A stretch of 64,000 nt of DNA from an uncultured Lachnospiraceae bacterium (GTDB lineage: Bacteria; Bacillota; Clostridia; Lachnospirales; Lachnospiraceae). Where the stretch lies: positions 4,583 to 68,582 of the forward strand of contig CAJUMC010000004.1 of the NCBI GenBank assembly GCA_910587085.1, written 5' to 3'. This document shows positions 45,316 through 55,267 of this stretch, piece by piece. Made by a program: the position numbers and the translations under genes. A model generated the notes under the pieces. That model had not been told where the DNA came from. It saw only the letters and a program-made list of their open reading frames with translations, and made no database searches. Position 1 is the stretch's first letter. Each line of letters starts with the position of its first letter.

Positions 45316-45326
45316 TTTCTTAAAAT

Positions 45327-45355
45327 ATTCTAACCCAATTCCCGGAAAAAAGCAA
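45327..45355 (-). promoter_or_regulatory. Candidate Pmra sigma-A promoter
   Basis: Minus strand reads TTGCTT (45350-45355), a 17-nt spacer, then TAGAAT (45327-45332). The MraZ boxes begin about 12 nt downstream of the -10 box. Confidence 0.55.
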
Positions 45356-45454
45356 GTATATTTTCCGGACACAAAGCGTATCAGCGTGCGATTCGGCCTG
45401 GGGGACTGCCGTTTCAGGGCGCTGTTTTGCAATATGCCCCCAACTGCAGGACAT

Positions 45455-45491
45455 AAAAAAGCTGCCGCAGGACGACGTCCCGCAGCAGCTT
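45455..45491 (-). terminator. Strong Rho-independent terminator ending the upstream (lgt) transcription unit
   Basis: The minus-strand RNA is AAGCUGCUGCGGGAC-GUC-GUCCUGCGGCAGCUU followed by UUUUAU. The stem is 15 bp including two G-U pairs. Confidence 0.85.
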
Positions 45492-45630
45492 ACGGCAGCC
45501 GGAACCGCAAAGGATTCCTCCGCAGTCATTGTGCTCTGCGCAGCCCGCGGCAGCCGCGGCGCATTTCCGCCCGGCCGCTGTTTCGTTTTATTTCATTCTA
45601 TTTCTTTCGTCCCTTCTTTGTTTCTGTATC

Positions 45631-46587
45631 CTATCCCGTTTTTGTCCTTCCTCTGCGGCTGAACCTTTCCCGCAGCTTCAGCCGCCCGGCCGCAATCATA
45701 GCTGCAGCCAGAACGACGAGCAGCGCGGAGAGCAGCTGGGATACGGCGATGCGGCTTCCCCACAGAAACAGCTGATCGGTCCGAAGCCCCTCGATAAAAA
45801 CGCGCCCCAGCCCATAGCCGGCCAGATACAGCAGGGTAATTTCGCCCTCAAAGGCTCTGTGCTTTGTATACAGCAGCAAAAGCAGCAGCAGAACTGCATT
45901 CCAGGCCATCTCGTAGAGAAAGGTCGGATGCACCTGGATATACTCGACGCCGTTGATCCACACGGCGTTATTTCTTATCTCAAGAATCCGTGAAAGCGCC
46001 TCCTCCCGGCCGGCGTAGCGCTGCTCCAGTGCGGCGACGGAACAGCTGAAATCGCTGCCGGCGGCACGGCGGTCCAGCTGCATGGCAAACAGCCCGTCCG
46101 TATAGGCTCCGAATGCCTCACGGTTGAAAAAATTTCCCAGTCTGCCGATCACCTGCCCGAGCAGGAGCGCCGGCGCGCAGATATCCGTCAGTCGGCAGAA
46201 GCTGATTTTGCGAATCCGCGCGTACACAGCCGCCATAAACACGCCGCCGATAATCCCCCCGTAGATTGCCAGCCCGCCGGTCCGCAGATTAAATACGGAC
46301 AGCGGATTGTCCCGGAAGGAATCCCATGCAAATGCGACATAATAAATCCGTGCGCCGACCACGGCTGCAACAATGGCATAGAGCGCAAAGTCGATAATCA
46401 TATCCGGCTGTTCCCCTGCCCGCTTCGCCCTCCAGCACGCCAGCAGCACACCGAACAGCATCCCGCAGACGATAATCATGCCGTAGTACATAATATCAAA
46501 TCCAAACACCGTGATGCCGTTGCCGAGCCGCCGGAATGCCAGCCCGAGATTCGGAAAATATATATCTGTTTTCATTGTCTGTAGCAT
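45631..46587 (-). CDS. lgt: Prolipoprotein diacylglyceryl transferase
   Basis: Motifs are IYGGIIGGVF and GRLGNFFNREAFG. The ATG at 46587 is preceded by GGAGG. The ORF track's GTG at 46629 abuts the ychF stop. Confidence 0.92.
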   Translation of the reverse strand: MLQTMKTDIYFPNLGLAFRRLGNGITVFGFDIMYYGMIIVCGMLFGVLLACWRAKRAGEQPDMIIDFALYAIVAAVVGARIYYVAFAWDSFRDNPLSVFNLRTGGLAIYGGIIGGVFMAAVYARIRKISFCRLTDICAPALLLGQVIGRLGNFFNREAFGAYTDGLFAMQLDRRAAGSDFSCSVAALEQRYAGREEALSRILEIRNNAVWINGVEYIQVHPTFLYEMAWNAVLLLLLLLYTKHRAFEGEITLLYLAGYGLGRVFIEGLRTDQLFLWGSRIAVSQLLSALLVVLAAAMIAAGRLKLRERFSRRGRTKTG

Positions 46588-46631
46588 ACAGCCTCCAAGC
46601 CCCGACCCGCCGCCCGGCAAGGCCGGCACGG

Positions 46632-47750
46632 TCAGACGTTAAACCGGAACAGTACGACATCCCCGTCCTGAACCACATAGTCCTTTCCCTCGGAACGTAC
46701 CAGTCCCTTTTCCTTCGCCGCGTTGAAGCCGCCGCATTCGACCAGATTGTTGTAGCTGACGATCTCAGCGCGGATAAAGCCCCGCTCAAAATCCGAGTGG
46801 ATCTTGCCGGCCGCCTGCGGCGCCTTTGTGCCGAAGTCAATTGTCCACGCCTTTGTTTCCTTCGGTCCAGCCGTAAGATAGCTGATAAGGCCAAGTATCC
46901 GGTAGCTTGCGCGGATCAGCTTTTCCAGGCCCGATTCTTTCAGACCGAGTTCATCGAGAAACATTTTTTTCTCGTCCTCCTCCAGCTCCGCAATCTCCTG
47001 CTCGATCTGAGCGCAGATCACAAACACTTCGGAGATGTCAGCCTGCTCATTCTCGCATTCCTGCTCCGCATACTCGCGCACCTTCTGTACATGGATATTT
47101 CCCGCACCGTCGTCCGCAAGCTCGTCCTCCCTGACATTGGCGGCATAGATCACGGGTTTGCAGGTCAGCAGATTAAAGCCGGCAAGCAGCTCCGTTTCCT
47201 CCTCGTCCTTCAGGGTATATGTTCTGGCAAGCTTTCCGGCCTCCAGATGCTTCATCAGCCCTTCGATCAGCTCCGCTTCTTTCGCGGCCGTTTTATCGTT
47301 GTTCGCGAGCTTCTTCACCCTGGAGTACCGGCGCTCGAGCACTTCCAGATCGGAAAAAATCAGCTCCAGATTGATCGTCTCAATATCCCGCAGCGGATCG
47401 ATCGTGCCCTCCACATGGACGATGTTCGAATCCTCGAAGCAGCGCACCACATGGACGATTGCGTCCACCTCCCGTATATTGGCCAGGAACTGATTTCCAA
47501 GCCCCTCTCCCTTGGAGGCGCCTCTGACAAGCCCCGCAATATCGACGAATTCGATCGCTGCCGGCACAATGCGCTCCGAAGAATACATATCACCGAGCAC
47601 CTTCAGCCGCTCGTCCGGAACAGCGACAATGCCGACATTCGGATCGATTGTACAGAACGGATAATTTGCCGACTCTGCCCCTGCTTTGGTCAGAGAATTG
47701 AACAGGGTGCTCTTTCCCACATTCGGGAGACCGATGATTCCCAATTTCAT
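46632..47750 (-). CDS. ychF: Redox-regulated ATPase YchF
   Basis: Starts MKLGIIGLPNVGKSTLFNSLT (G1 motif). The C-terminal TGS-like end reads DGDVVLFRFNV. Confidence 0.95.
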   Translation of the reverse strand: MKLGIIGLPNVGKSTLFNSLTKAGAESANYPFCTIDPNVGIVAVPDERLKVLGDMYSSERIVPAAIEFVDIAGLVRGASKGEGLGNQFLANIREVDAIVHVVRCFEDSNIVHVEGTIDPLRDIETINLELIFSDLEVLERRYSRVKKLANNDKTAAKEAELIEGLMKHLEAGKLARTYTLKDEEETELLAGFNLLTCKPVIYAANVREDELADDGAGNIHVQKVREYAEQECENEQADISEVFVICAQIEQEIAELEEDEKKMFLDELGLKESGLEKLIRASYRILGLISYLTAGPKETKAWTIDFGTKAPQAAGKIHSDFERGFIRAEIVSYNNLVECGGFNAAKEKGLVRSEGKDYVVQDGDVVLFRFNV

Positions 47751-47979
47751 TTTTCCCGATTCCTCCTTTGAAATACTATAAAACAGGCATTTACAGAAAT
47801 TTCCAGTCGTCCGTAGATACCAGTCAGCGTCTTGATTTTGCATGATATAGTACTGATTTAGTATAATATAATATTGATATATCTATAATTCTTGTAAAGA
47901 TTAAATATTTTCACACCGGAAACAAGCCGAAGACCGGATTTACTGCGCAGACAATTTCAGAAAACCGCCGCCCGTTTTT

Positions 47980-48687
47980 TCAATCTCTGGCCTCCGCCAT
48001 CAGCAAAAGCCCTTCCTCAAATTCCACCGTACCCGTCTCCGCCGCAAGCTCGTTGCTGATGCACAGGCTGTCTTCCTGCCGGAGCGTGCGTTTCGTCAGC
48101 GGATATTTAAACCCAGTAAGCGTGATGCCGGTAACCTGCGGCGTCAGCGCCAAAAAAGAAACAAAGCTGCCGTACTGCTCCGACTTTCTTAAGGTAAAAC
48201 TCCTCCGGTGCACCGAAATCCGGTTGTTTGAATCGACAAGGGCGGCGCGGATACCGGCAGCCTCCAGCTTCTCGAGCAGAAAAACGTTTGCCAGCGTATG
48301 ATCGAACCGCGTTCCGAGCCCGCCGAGAATCAGAACCTCCCCGTTCTCCCCCTCAAGCTCCTGCGCAAGCTCCACCGCAATCTGTGTGTCGGTATCGTCT
48401 TTCTCCGGCCGGAACCGCCGCACCGTAATGCCGTCCTGCTGCTCATAGCGCCGCAGATATTCCGCCGGCAGACTGTCAAAATCCCCGACGATATAGTCCG
48501 GCTTCAGCCCGAGGCGTTCTGCGGACAGCAGGCCGCCGTCCACTGCAATGATATGCTCAAAACCGGGCGCCCTGCAGCAGCGGCCGGCCGCCTTCGGCCC
48601 CGTCTGCGGCAATGCCCCGGCCCGTGCCGCAAGGTATCCGGCAGCATTGTCATCCGTCCTTCCCCCTGTTATGATTAGAGTGCTCAT
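47980..48687 (-). CDS. thiN: Thiamine diphosphokinase
   Basis: 235 aa. Motifs are IIAVDGGL and PDYIVGDFDSL, plus the C-terminal thiamine-binding beta-domain pattern. Confidence 0.85.
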   Translation of the reverse strand: MSTLIITGGRTDDNAAGYLAARAGALPQTGPKAAGRCCRAPGFEHIIAVDGGLLSAERLGLKPDYIVGDFDSLPAEYLRRYEQQDGITVRRFRPEKDDTDTQIAVELAQELEGENGEVLILGGLGTRFDHTLANVFLLEKLEAAGIRAALVDSNNRISVHRRSFTLRKSEQYGSFVSFLALTPQVTGITLTGFKYPLTKRTLRQEDSLCISNELAAETGTVEFEEGLLLMAEARD

Positions 48688-49423
48688 ACTGCTGATACCT
48701 CACCTTCTTCAGCACCTCGCGCTGCTTTTCGTATATAAACTTGGAGAGATTGCGGCTTGTCTCGAGAAAACGGCAGCCGTAGTAGTATTTGAACGAGCTG
48801 TGCCTGCTTTCCGTGTGCCGGACGACCACCGCGTTGCAGCAGATTTTTCCGAATTCGGTATCGAGCACAAAGCTGAGCTCATCGCCCTTTTCTAACCTCC
48901 GGTTGGCGTACAGTCCCGCGCCCAGCTCGCTGATATCCTTGAGCAGGGCTGAACAGTCGATAAAGCAGAAGCAATCCTCCTGCAAAGCGTCCAGCTCGGC
49001 GTCGCTGAATTCTTCCGTCCGGCTGTGCAGCGCTTCCAGCTCGCTTACCATGCGCAGACGCTCCGGATCTCTGGACAGGAACTGAACCATCAGCTCCTGC
49101 TCGATCGGCACGCGGAAGGCGTTCCGGCGGTTGTAGGTCTCTCCCTCCTCCGCAGCCGTAAAGCAGTGAAATTCTTCGCCGTCCAGCTGTTCGATGCTCC
49201 CCTGCACCGACTTCCATTTCCAGACCTGGTCATCCTCCCGGTAAACCAGATCTACGACATCCGTCGGCCGGAATTCAAAGACCAGTTTACCGCTCGCAAT
49301 CAGCGTAACAAAGACGTGATCCTCACCGGCTTCCTCGATCTTGCTGACAACCCGGTAATGGTAGCCGTCCCGGGTGATATAAATTTCCAGAGGCTTTCCC
49401 GGCTTCATTTCACTGATCCGCAT
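48650..49423 (-). CDS. PilZ-domain (c-di-GMP receptor) protein with a YcgR-like N-terminal domain
   Basis: The ATG at 49423 is preceded by GGGAGG with a 9-nt spacing. PilZ motifs are RRNAFRV (RxxxR) and DISELGAG (D/NxSxxG). The gene overlaps the rpe stop and the thiN start. Confidence 0.8.
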   Translation of the reverse strand: MRISEMKPGKPLEIYITRDGYHYRVVSKIEEAGEDHVFVTLIASGKLVFEFRPTDVVDLVYREDDQVWKWKSVQGSIEQLDGEEFHCFTAAEEGETYNRRNAFRVPIEQELMVQFLSRDPERLRMVSELEALHSRTEEFSDAELDALQEDCFCFIDCSALLKDISELGAGLYANRRLEKGDELSFVLDTEFGKICCNAVVVRHTESRHSSFKYYYGCRFLETSRNLSKFIYEKQREVLKKVRYQQYEHSNHNRGKDG

Positions 49424-50072
49424 GTGCAAAGGCCTCCCTGAAAACACTGATGTTCTTTGCGATATCGCCGCGGAAAACCGACGTGCCCGCCACGATCCTA
49501 TTGGCTCCCGCGTCCATAACCTCCCGCACATTGTCCGCCGTGATCCCGCCGTCAACCTGGATATCCGCCTGTACGCCGAGCTCGCGCATCAGCCGGCGGA
49601 CATCTCTGATTTTATCCATCATGGAAGGCAGGAATTTCTGCCCTCCGAAGCCCGGATTAACCGTCATGACAAGCACATAATCCAGCTCCGGCAGAATATA
49701 GCGCAGCATTTCTGCCGGGGTCGCCGGATTGAGGGCAACGCCCGCCTCCATGCCGTGCTTTTTTATCTCCAGCACTGCAGTGTGCAGATGCCGGCATGCT
49801 TCGCAGTGCACGGTCAGCATATCCGCCCCGCACGCTCTGAAATCCCCGATAAAACGAATCGGATCTTCCACCATGAGATGTACGTCAAATGGCAGCGACG
49901 TTACCTTCCGGACGGATTCCATAACCGGCATGCCGAACGAGATCCTCGGCACGAAGCATCCGTCCATAACGTCGATATGTACGGAATCTGCCCCTGCCGC
50001 CTCCAGGCTCTGAAGCTGCTCTCCAAGACGCGCAAAATCTGCCGCCAGTATGGAAGGCGATAGTTGATACAT
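49410..50072 (-). CDS. rpe: Ribulose-phosphate 3-epimerase
   Basis: 220 aa. Motifs are LSPSILAADFARLGE, HIDVMDGCFVP and VNPGFGGQKF. Confidence 0.95.
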   Translation of the reverse strand: MYQLSPSILAADFARLGEQLQSLEAAGADSVHIDVMDGCFVPRISFGMPVMESVRKVTSLPFDVHLMVEDPIRFIGDFRACGADMLTVHCEACRHLHTAVLEIKKHGMEAGVALNPATPAEMLRYILPELDYVLVMTVNPGFGGQKFLPSMMDKIRDVRRLMRELGVQADIQVDGGITADNVREVMDAGANRIVAGTSVFRGDIAKNISVFREAFAHADQ

Positions 50073-50152
50073 GTATTGACCTCCATTTCTGATTTTAAAT
50101 TATTATTAAATTTTTATAAATTATTTATCTTGTCAACGTTATTCTGCCCGGT

Positions 50153-51076
50153 TCAGCGCTTTTTCCTGTATCCCCTCGCCTCGCGCGGCTGTCCTCGGTA
50201 CGGCGCAGACGAAGCGAGCTCCTCCAGCAGAAGCAAATAATTTTCATACCGCTCCGCGCTGATGCTCCCCGCCTCCGCCGCCTCCTTTACCGCACAGCCC
50301 GGCTCACGGCTGTGCAGACAGCTCAGATATCGGCAGTGTCCCCAAAACGGCTCGAATTCCGGATAGCATTCCCTCAGCTCCTCCTTTTCCATCTCCGGGA
50401 GATAGAGGGAGCTGAAGCCCGGCGTGTCAAAAAGATAGGTTTCCTCCCCCACGTAAAAAAGCTCGGAATGCCTTGTCGTATGCCTGCCCCTCCTGATCTT
50501 CTCGCTGATGCTCCCGGTTTCCATTTCCGCCTCCGGGAACAGACAGTTGACAATGGAGGACTTGCCGACGCCGCTCGGTCCGGCCAGCACGGTCGTCCTG
50601 CCCCGGAGCGCCTCCCCGAGCAGTTCCATTCCCTCCTGCTTCTTTGCGGAGACAAAAAGCACCCTGCAGCCGCTGTTTTGGTAAATCTGCTGCAGCGCCT
50701 CCCGGCGCTCCTCCTTGATCTGATCCACTTTGTTGAAACACACAATCGTTTTCATTCCCTGCCTGCGCATCAGCACAAGAAAGCGGTCAAGCAGATTGAA
50801 ACTCGGCGGAGGCTCCGACGCGGCAAAAACGATAACCGCCTGGTCGGCATTCGCAACCGCAGGACGGATAAGCTCCGTCCTGCGTTCCAGAATATCGGTT
50901 ATATTTCCGGTGCCGGGCGCCGTGCTGATCTGCTCCAGCTCCACATCATCGCCGGGCAGCGGCTTGATCCCGCGCATCCGGAAGATGCCCTTGGCCCTGC
51001 ACTCCAAGATGCCCGTGCCCTCCACGTTGACATAATATGCGCCGGCGATTCCCCGGATGATCTTTCCCCTCATCAA
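50153..51076 (-). CDS. rsgA: Ribosome small-subunit-dependent GTPase A
   Basis: 307 aa. Circularly permuted GTPase motifs are NKVD and GPSGVGKSS. The C-terminal zinc motif is CRYLSCLHSREPGC. Confidence 0.93.
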   Translation of the reverse strand: MMRGKIIRGIAGAYYVNVEGTGILECRAKGIFRMRGIKPLPGDDVELEQISTAPGTGNITDILERRTELIRPAVANADQAVIVFAASEPPPSFNLLDRFLVLMRRQGMKTIVCFNKVDQIKEERREALQQIYQNSGCRVLFVSAKKQEGMELLGEALRGRTTVLAGPSGVGKSSIVNCLFPEAEMETGSISEKIRRGRHTTRHSELFYVGEETYLFDTPGFSSLYLPEMEKEELRECYPEFEPFWGHCRYLSCLHSREPGCAVKEAAEAGSISAERYENYLLLLEELASSAPYRGQPREARGYRKKR

Positions 51077-53343
51077 TTTACTTTTACCGCTTTCAGATCA
51101 ACCAGATAGGAGCCATCGTAAGGTACGCCGGAGAACCAGACCATAATGGTTGCCATTCCCTCCGTAAAGCCTTCTCCCTCCGCCAGACGGATATCGAAGG
51201 AATGCGGGAAATCCGACGCCGTAAACAGCCGGGAATCATCGTCGTAGACAACGAGCTCGGCGTTGTCCTGCCGAATTGTGACATAGAGGGTTGCCGTCTC
51301 TTCAGCTCCAAGCGGCCAGTCGCTGACCACTGCGGTCGCGCGATACTCAAAAACAGGCTCCGGCTCCGGTGTCGGAGTCGGTTCCGGCGTCGGACTTGGC
51401 GTCGGTTCCGGCGTCGGAGTCGGATCGGCCGGCTCGTCTGTGATTCCCGGATCATCCGGTTCGTCCGGGTTCACCGGCGCGGTTGTCGGCTCCGGCGTAG
51501 AGGTCGGAAGCTCCGGCCCCGTACTCAGCGCAAAATCAATTACGGTTCCCGAGACAAGCCTCTCACCCTCGGAATAGCTCTGGAAGCAGACAAGCCCCTC
51601 CGCATACTGGCTGCTGCTTGCGTAGGAGGAACTGCCGAACGCCAGACCGGCCTCGGCGATAGCGGCAATCGCCTCCTCCTCCGTCTTTCCGAGAAGCTTC
51701 GGCATCTTGGTCATTGTAATGTCCGGGCCGGTGCTCACGATGATCCGGACCGTTTCACCCATTGCAAGATATTCCTCCGCCGCCGGCTCCGTGCGTATCA
51801 CCATGCCGCTCTCAAACTCCGTGTTTGATTCGTAGGCGGGCTTGGTGAGGAAGCCAGCATTTTCAAGCTCCGTCCTTGCCTTGTCCAGCGTATAATACTG
51901 AACGTTCGGGATCTGAATCGACTGCGGTCCCGCACTCAGAGTCAGCTCGATCGTTCCGTCATAGGCAATGGAGACCTTCTCCGGAGGATACTGCCGTATA
52001 ACATAGCCCTTCGGCACATCCGGCGAAAACTCCTCCTTGTCGGAGATAATGCTGAAGTTTTCCGAGACCAGCTTCAGCGTGTTGATTGCGTCGTCCAGCT
52101 TCAGTCCGACGACGCTGACCACCTCTTTCATGCCCGGCTCGTCCGTCGGCTCCGGCGTCGGAGACGAGATCGGGGTCACGGAGCCCTCCGGCGTCGGAGT
52201 TACACCATTGTCCTTATTTTTATTAAAGATATCGAGCACACCTGACAGATTTATAACAAGATAGATCAATGCCAGGCCGAGTGCAACCGCGGTTACGATG
52301 GTTCCGATAATGATAAACTTCTCAAATCTCGGATCAACTCCGTCAAGTTCTTCCTCCTCTTCCTTCTGAACCTTCCTGGAATTTGCCGCGGTATCCGGGT
52401 GGCTGTCATAATAAACCGCCGGTGATTTCGCCGCGCTCTTGATGGATTCCATCTGCGCATCCGTCATATTGATGGTCGGGGAATCCGAGACGGCCACCGC
52501 CGCCAGCTTCACAAAATCTCCGTCCGGGTTGGTGATGGATCGCTTCAGATCCGCAATCAGCTCCGAGGCGGAGAGATAACGGCGCTCCGGCTTCTTCTGC
52601 ATGCATTTCTGAACTATTTTTTCAATGCTCACAGGAACATCCGGGCGGATCTCGCGGATCGGCGTCGCCTCGTCATTGATATGGGAAAGTGCGACCGAAA
52701 CGGAATTATCCCCGGCAAACGGCACCTTTCCGCAGAGCATTTCATAGAGCGTTACGCCGAGCGAATAAATATCGCTCTTTTCGTCCGAATAACCGCCCCT
52801 CGCCTGCTCCGGCGAAAGATAATGCACCGAACCGACGGCATTCTGCGACACGGTGTTCGAGGTGGCCGCTTTGGCAATGCCGAAATCCGTCACCTTCACC
52901 TTGCCGTCACGGGAAATAATAATATTCTGCGGCTTGATATCGCGGTGAATAATATGATTTGCATGAGCCGCCTCCATGCCCTGCGCAATCTGAATGGAGA
53001 TGCCGATGGCTTCCTTGATCTCAAGCGTCCCCTTCCGTTCGATAAACTTTTTCAGCGTGATCCCCTCGACCAGCTCCATCACAATGTAATACAGACCTTC
53101 GTCGTCCCCGACATCGTACACATTGACAATATTCGGGTGGGACAGCCCCGCTGCGGACTGAGCCTCCGCGCGGAATTTCGAGACGAAATTCCTGTCGCTG
53201 GAATACTCCGGCTTCAGGATTTTCATCGCTACGTATCGGTTCAGACGATGGCATTTCGCCCTGTAGACATCGGCCATACCGCCGGAGCCTACCTTGTCGA
53301 TGATCTCGTAGCGTTCGCTGATGTACATACCTGGTTTAATCAT
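51073..53343 (-). CDS. prkC: Ser/Thr protein kinase with PASTA repeats
   Basis: 756 aa. Hanks kinase motifs are GSGGMADVY, HRDIKPQN, DFG and SPEQ. These are followed by a TM segment, PASTA-like repeats, a Pro/Thr linker and a C-terminal beta-rich domain. Confidence 0.94.
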   Translation of the reverse strand: MIKPGMYISERYEIIDKVGSGGMADVYRAKCHRLNRYVAMKILKPEYSSDRNFVSKFRAEAQSAAGLSHPNIVNVYDVGDDEGLYYIVMELVEGITLKKFIERKGTLEIKEAIGISIQIAQGMEAAHANHIIHRDIKPQNIIISRDGKVKVTDFGIAKAATSNTVSQNAVGSVHYLSPEQARGGYSDEKSDIYSLGVTLYEMLCGKVPFAGDNSVSVALSHINDEATPIREIRPDVPVSIEKIVQKCMQKKPERRYLSASELIADLKRSITNPDGDFVKLAAVAVSDSPTINMTDAQMESIKSAAKSPAVYYDSHPDTAANSRKVQKEEEEELDGVDPRFEKFIIIGTIVTAVALGLALIYLVINLSGVLDIFNKNKDNGVTPTPEGSVTPISSPTPEPTDEPGMKEVVSVVGLKLDDAINTLKLVSENFSIISDKEEFSPDVPKGYVIRQYPPEKVSIAYDGTIELTLSAGPQSIQIPNVQYYTLDKARTELENAGFLTKPAYESNTEFESGMVIRTEPAAEEYLAMGETVRIIVSTGPDITMTKMPKLLGKTEEEAIAAIAEAGLAFGSSSYASSSQYAEGLVCFQSYSEGERLVSGTVIDFALSTGPELPTSTPEPTTAPVNPDEPDDPGITDEPADPTPTPEPTPSPTPEPTPTPEPEPVFEYRATAVVSDWPLGAEETATLYVTIRQDNAELVVYDDDSRLFTASDFPHSFDIRLAEGEGFTEGMATIMVWFSGVPYDGSYLVDLKAVKVN

Positions 53344-53430
53344 AAATCTACCTCATTTCTATACCTGCATATATTGCGAGCCGGCTCGCGGTACTGCTCT
53401 ATCACACATCGGAAAGCGCCTTTCTTCCGG

Positions 53431-54189
53431 CTATCCTTCCGCGGCCTTGCAGGTCTGATTTTCTTCCATCACGGCGAGCAGGATGGAAATATTATCCCTT
53501 CCGCCGTACTCATTGGCCAGCGTCAGCAGCCGCCCGCCCGCCTCCGCGATATTCTGCCTGTTCTCCAGAACAATGCGGTATATCTCGGAGTCATCCATCA
53601 TGTTTGACAGGCCGTCCGAGCAGAGCAGCACGACGTCGCCCGGCGAGACGGACACCTCGAAAAAATCCGGCACAATATTCACATTTGCGCCGAGCGCTCT
53701 TGTGATAACATTTTTGTTTGGATGAAATCTCGCCTCCTCTCGGCGGAGTTCCCCTCTGCGGATCATCTCTTCCACCAGGGAATGATCCTGCGTGATCTGC
53801 GAGATTTTTTCGCGATCTATCAGATAAAGGCGGCTGTCGCCGACATTGGCGACATACAACTCGGTTCCCACAACCGTGGCTGCCACAAAGGTCGTTCCCA
53901 TGCCCTCCAGCTCCGCGCGCCCCTGTGCTTCCTTCAGAAGCCTGCGGTTCGTCTGCTGCAGTGCATCCTCCATCGCGCTGATCACCGTTTTCACGCTGCT
54001 CTGCCCGAGCTGCCGCACAAATTCCTCCACGGCAAACCGGGACGCAAAATCCCCGGCCCTGTGCCCTCCCATACCGTCGGCCACAATAAACAGATTCGGC
54101 AGGCGTCCGACGGGTTCCTCACTGCAGAAAACATAGTCCTGATTGATCTCCCGTCTTCTTCCCCTGTCCGTAACGCAATATGTTTTCAT
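53431..54189 (-). CDS. prpC: PP2C-family Ser/Thr phosphatase
   Basis: 252 aa. Motifs are TDRGRRREINQD, ADGMGGHRAG and LCSDGL. Confidence 0.93.
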   Translation of the reverse strand: MKTYCVTDRGRRREINQDYVFCSEEPVGRLPNLFIVADGMGGHRAGDFASRFAVEEFVRQLGQSSVKTVISAMEDALQQTNRRLLKEAQGRAELEGMGTTFVAATVVGTELYVANVGDSRLYLIDREKISQITQDHSLVEEMIRRGELRREEARFHPNKNVITRALGANVNIVPDFFEVSVSPGDVVLLCSDGLSNMMDDSEIYRIVLENRQNIAEAGGRLLTLANEYGGRDNISILLAVMEENQTCKAAEG

Positions 54190-55247
54190 TCCCGGCTCCC
54201 TTCCTGCTGCCGCAGCCTGTCGGTATAGCTTTTCCGGAGCTGTCCGCAGGCGGCGTTGATATCCGAGCCCATTTCTCTTCTAATAGTAACATTTATCCGT
54301 TTTTTTTCAAGGATATTTTTAAAATTTTGTATATTTTCCGCCCGGGATCGCTTAAAGCCGCGCTCCTTCACCTCGTTCACGGGTATGAGATTGACCAGGC
54401 AGTTTTTTCCTTTTATCAGCGCCGCCAGCTCCTCCGCCTGCTGCGCGGAATCGTTCACATTTGCCACAAGACTGTACTCAAACGTAAGTCTCCGGCCGGT
54501 TCTTTCATAATATTCGTCCAGCGCCGCAAATACCTCCGTGAGCGCATACCGCTCCGCCACCGGCATCAGCTTTCTCCGATCCGCATCGTTCGGCGCATGC
54601 AGCGAAAGGGCGAGATTTACAGCGAGCTCCTCCTCTGCCAGCGCCCGAATCCCGTCAGGCAGCCCGCAGGTTGAAACCGTAATATTTCTCTGGCTGATAT
54701 TCAGACCGTTCCCGTCGCTTGCCATCCGGATAAACCGAACCAGGTTTTCAAGATTGTCAAGCGGCTCTCCCGTACCCATCACAACAATGTGGGACACCCG
54801 CTGCCCGGAAAGCTTCTGTATTTCGTATACCTGCTCGAGCATCTCTGACGGCGCAAGATTCCTGGTCAGTCCGCCGAGCGTCGAGGCGCAGAAGCGGCAG
54901 CCCATCCGGCAGCCGACCTGGGATGAGATACACACCGAATTTCCGTGACGGTATTTCATCAGGACGCTCTCGATCACATTGCCGTCCGGCAGTTCAAACA
55001 GAAACTTGCATGTGCCGTCGGCCGCCGATTCCAGCCGGTCGACAACGCGGAGCACGGGGAAGGAAAAATTTCCCTCACATTTTTCCCGGAACGCGGCGGA
55101 AATATTCGTCATTTCCCCAAAGCCGCCGCAGAGCTTTCTGTGCATCCACTCGTACATCTGCGCCGCACGGTACGGCTTTTCCCCGAGTGCTTTCACCTCC
55201 TGCTCCAGCTCCGCGAGATTCATTGATTTTATATCCTTCAGCGCCAT
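54186..55247 (-). CDS. rlmN: 23S rRNA/tRNA (adenine-C2)-methyltransferase, radical SAM
   Basis: 353 aa. The cluster motif is GCRMGCRFCAST, and PYRAAQMYEWM is present near the N-terminus. Confidence 0.94.
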   Translation of the reverse strand: MALKDIKSMNLAELEQEVKALGEKPYRAAQMYEWMHRKLCGGFGEMTNISAAFREKCEGNFSFPVLRVVDRLESAADGTCKFLFELPDGNVIESVLMKYRHGNSVCISSQVGCRMGCRFCASTLGGLTRNLAPSEMLEQVYEIQKLSGQRVSHIVVMGTGEPLDNLENLVRFIRMASDGNGLNISQRNITVSTCGLPDGIRALAEEELAVNLALSLHAPNDADRRKLMPVAERYALTEVFAALDEYYERTGRRLTFEYSLVANVNDSAQQAEELAALIKGKNCLVNLIPVNEVKERGFKRSRAENIQNFKNILEKKRINVTIRREMGSDINAACGQLRKSYTDRLRQQEGSRE

Positions 55248-55267
55248 GCACCACCTTTGCTTGTCCT

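Noticed and set aside
47844-47979. AT-rich block upstream of ychF as a possible mobile-element scar or ncRNA.
   Set aside because: It is only about 135 nt, has no inverted or direct terminal repeats, and is consistent with an ordinary AT-rich promoter region.
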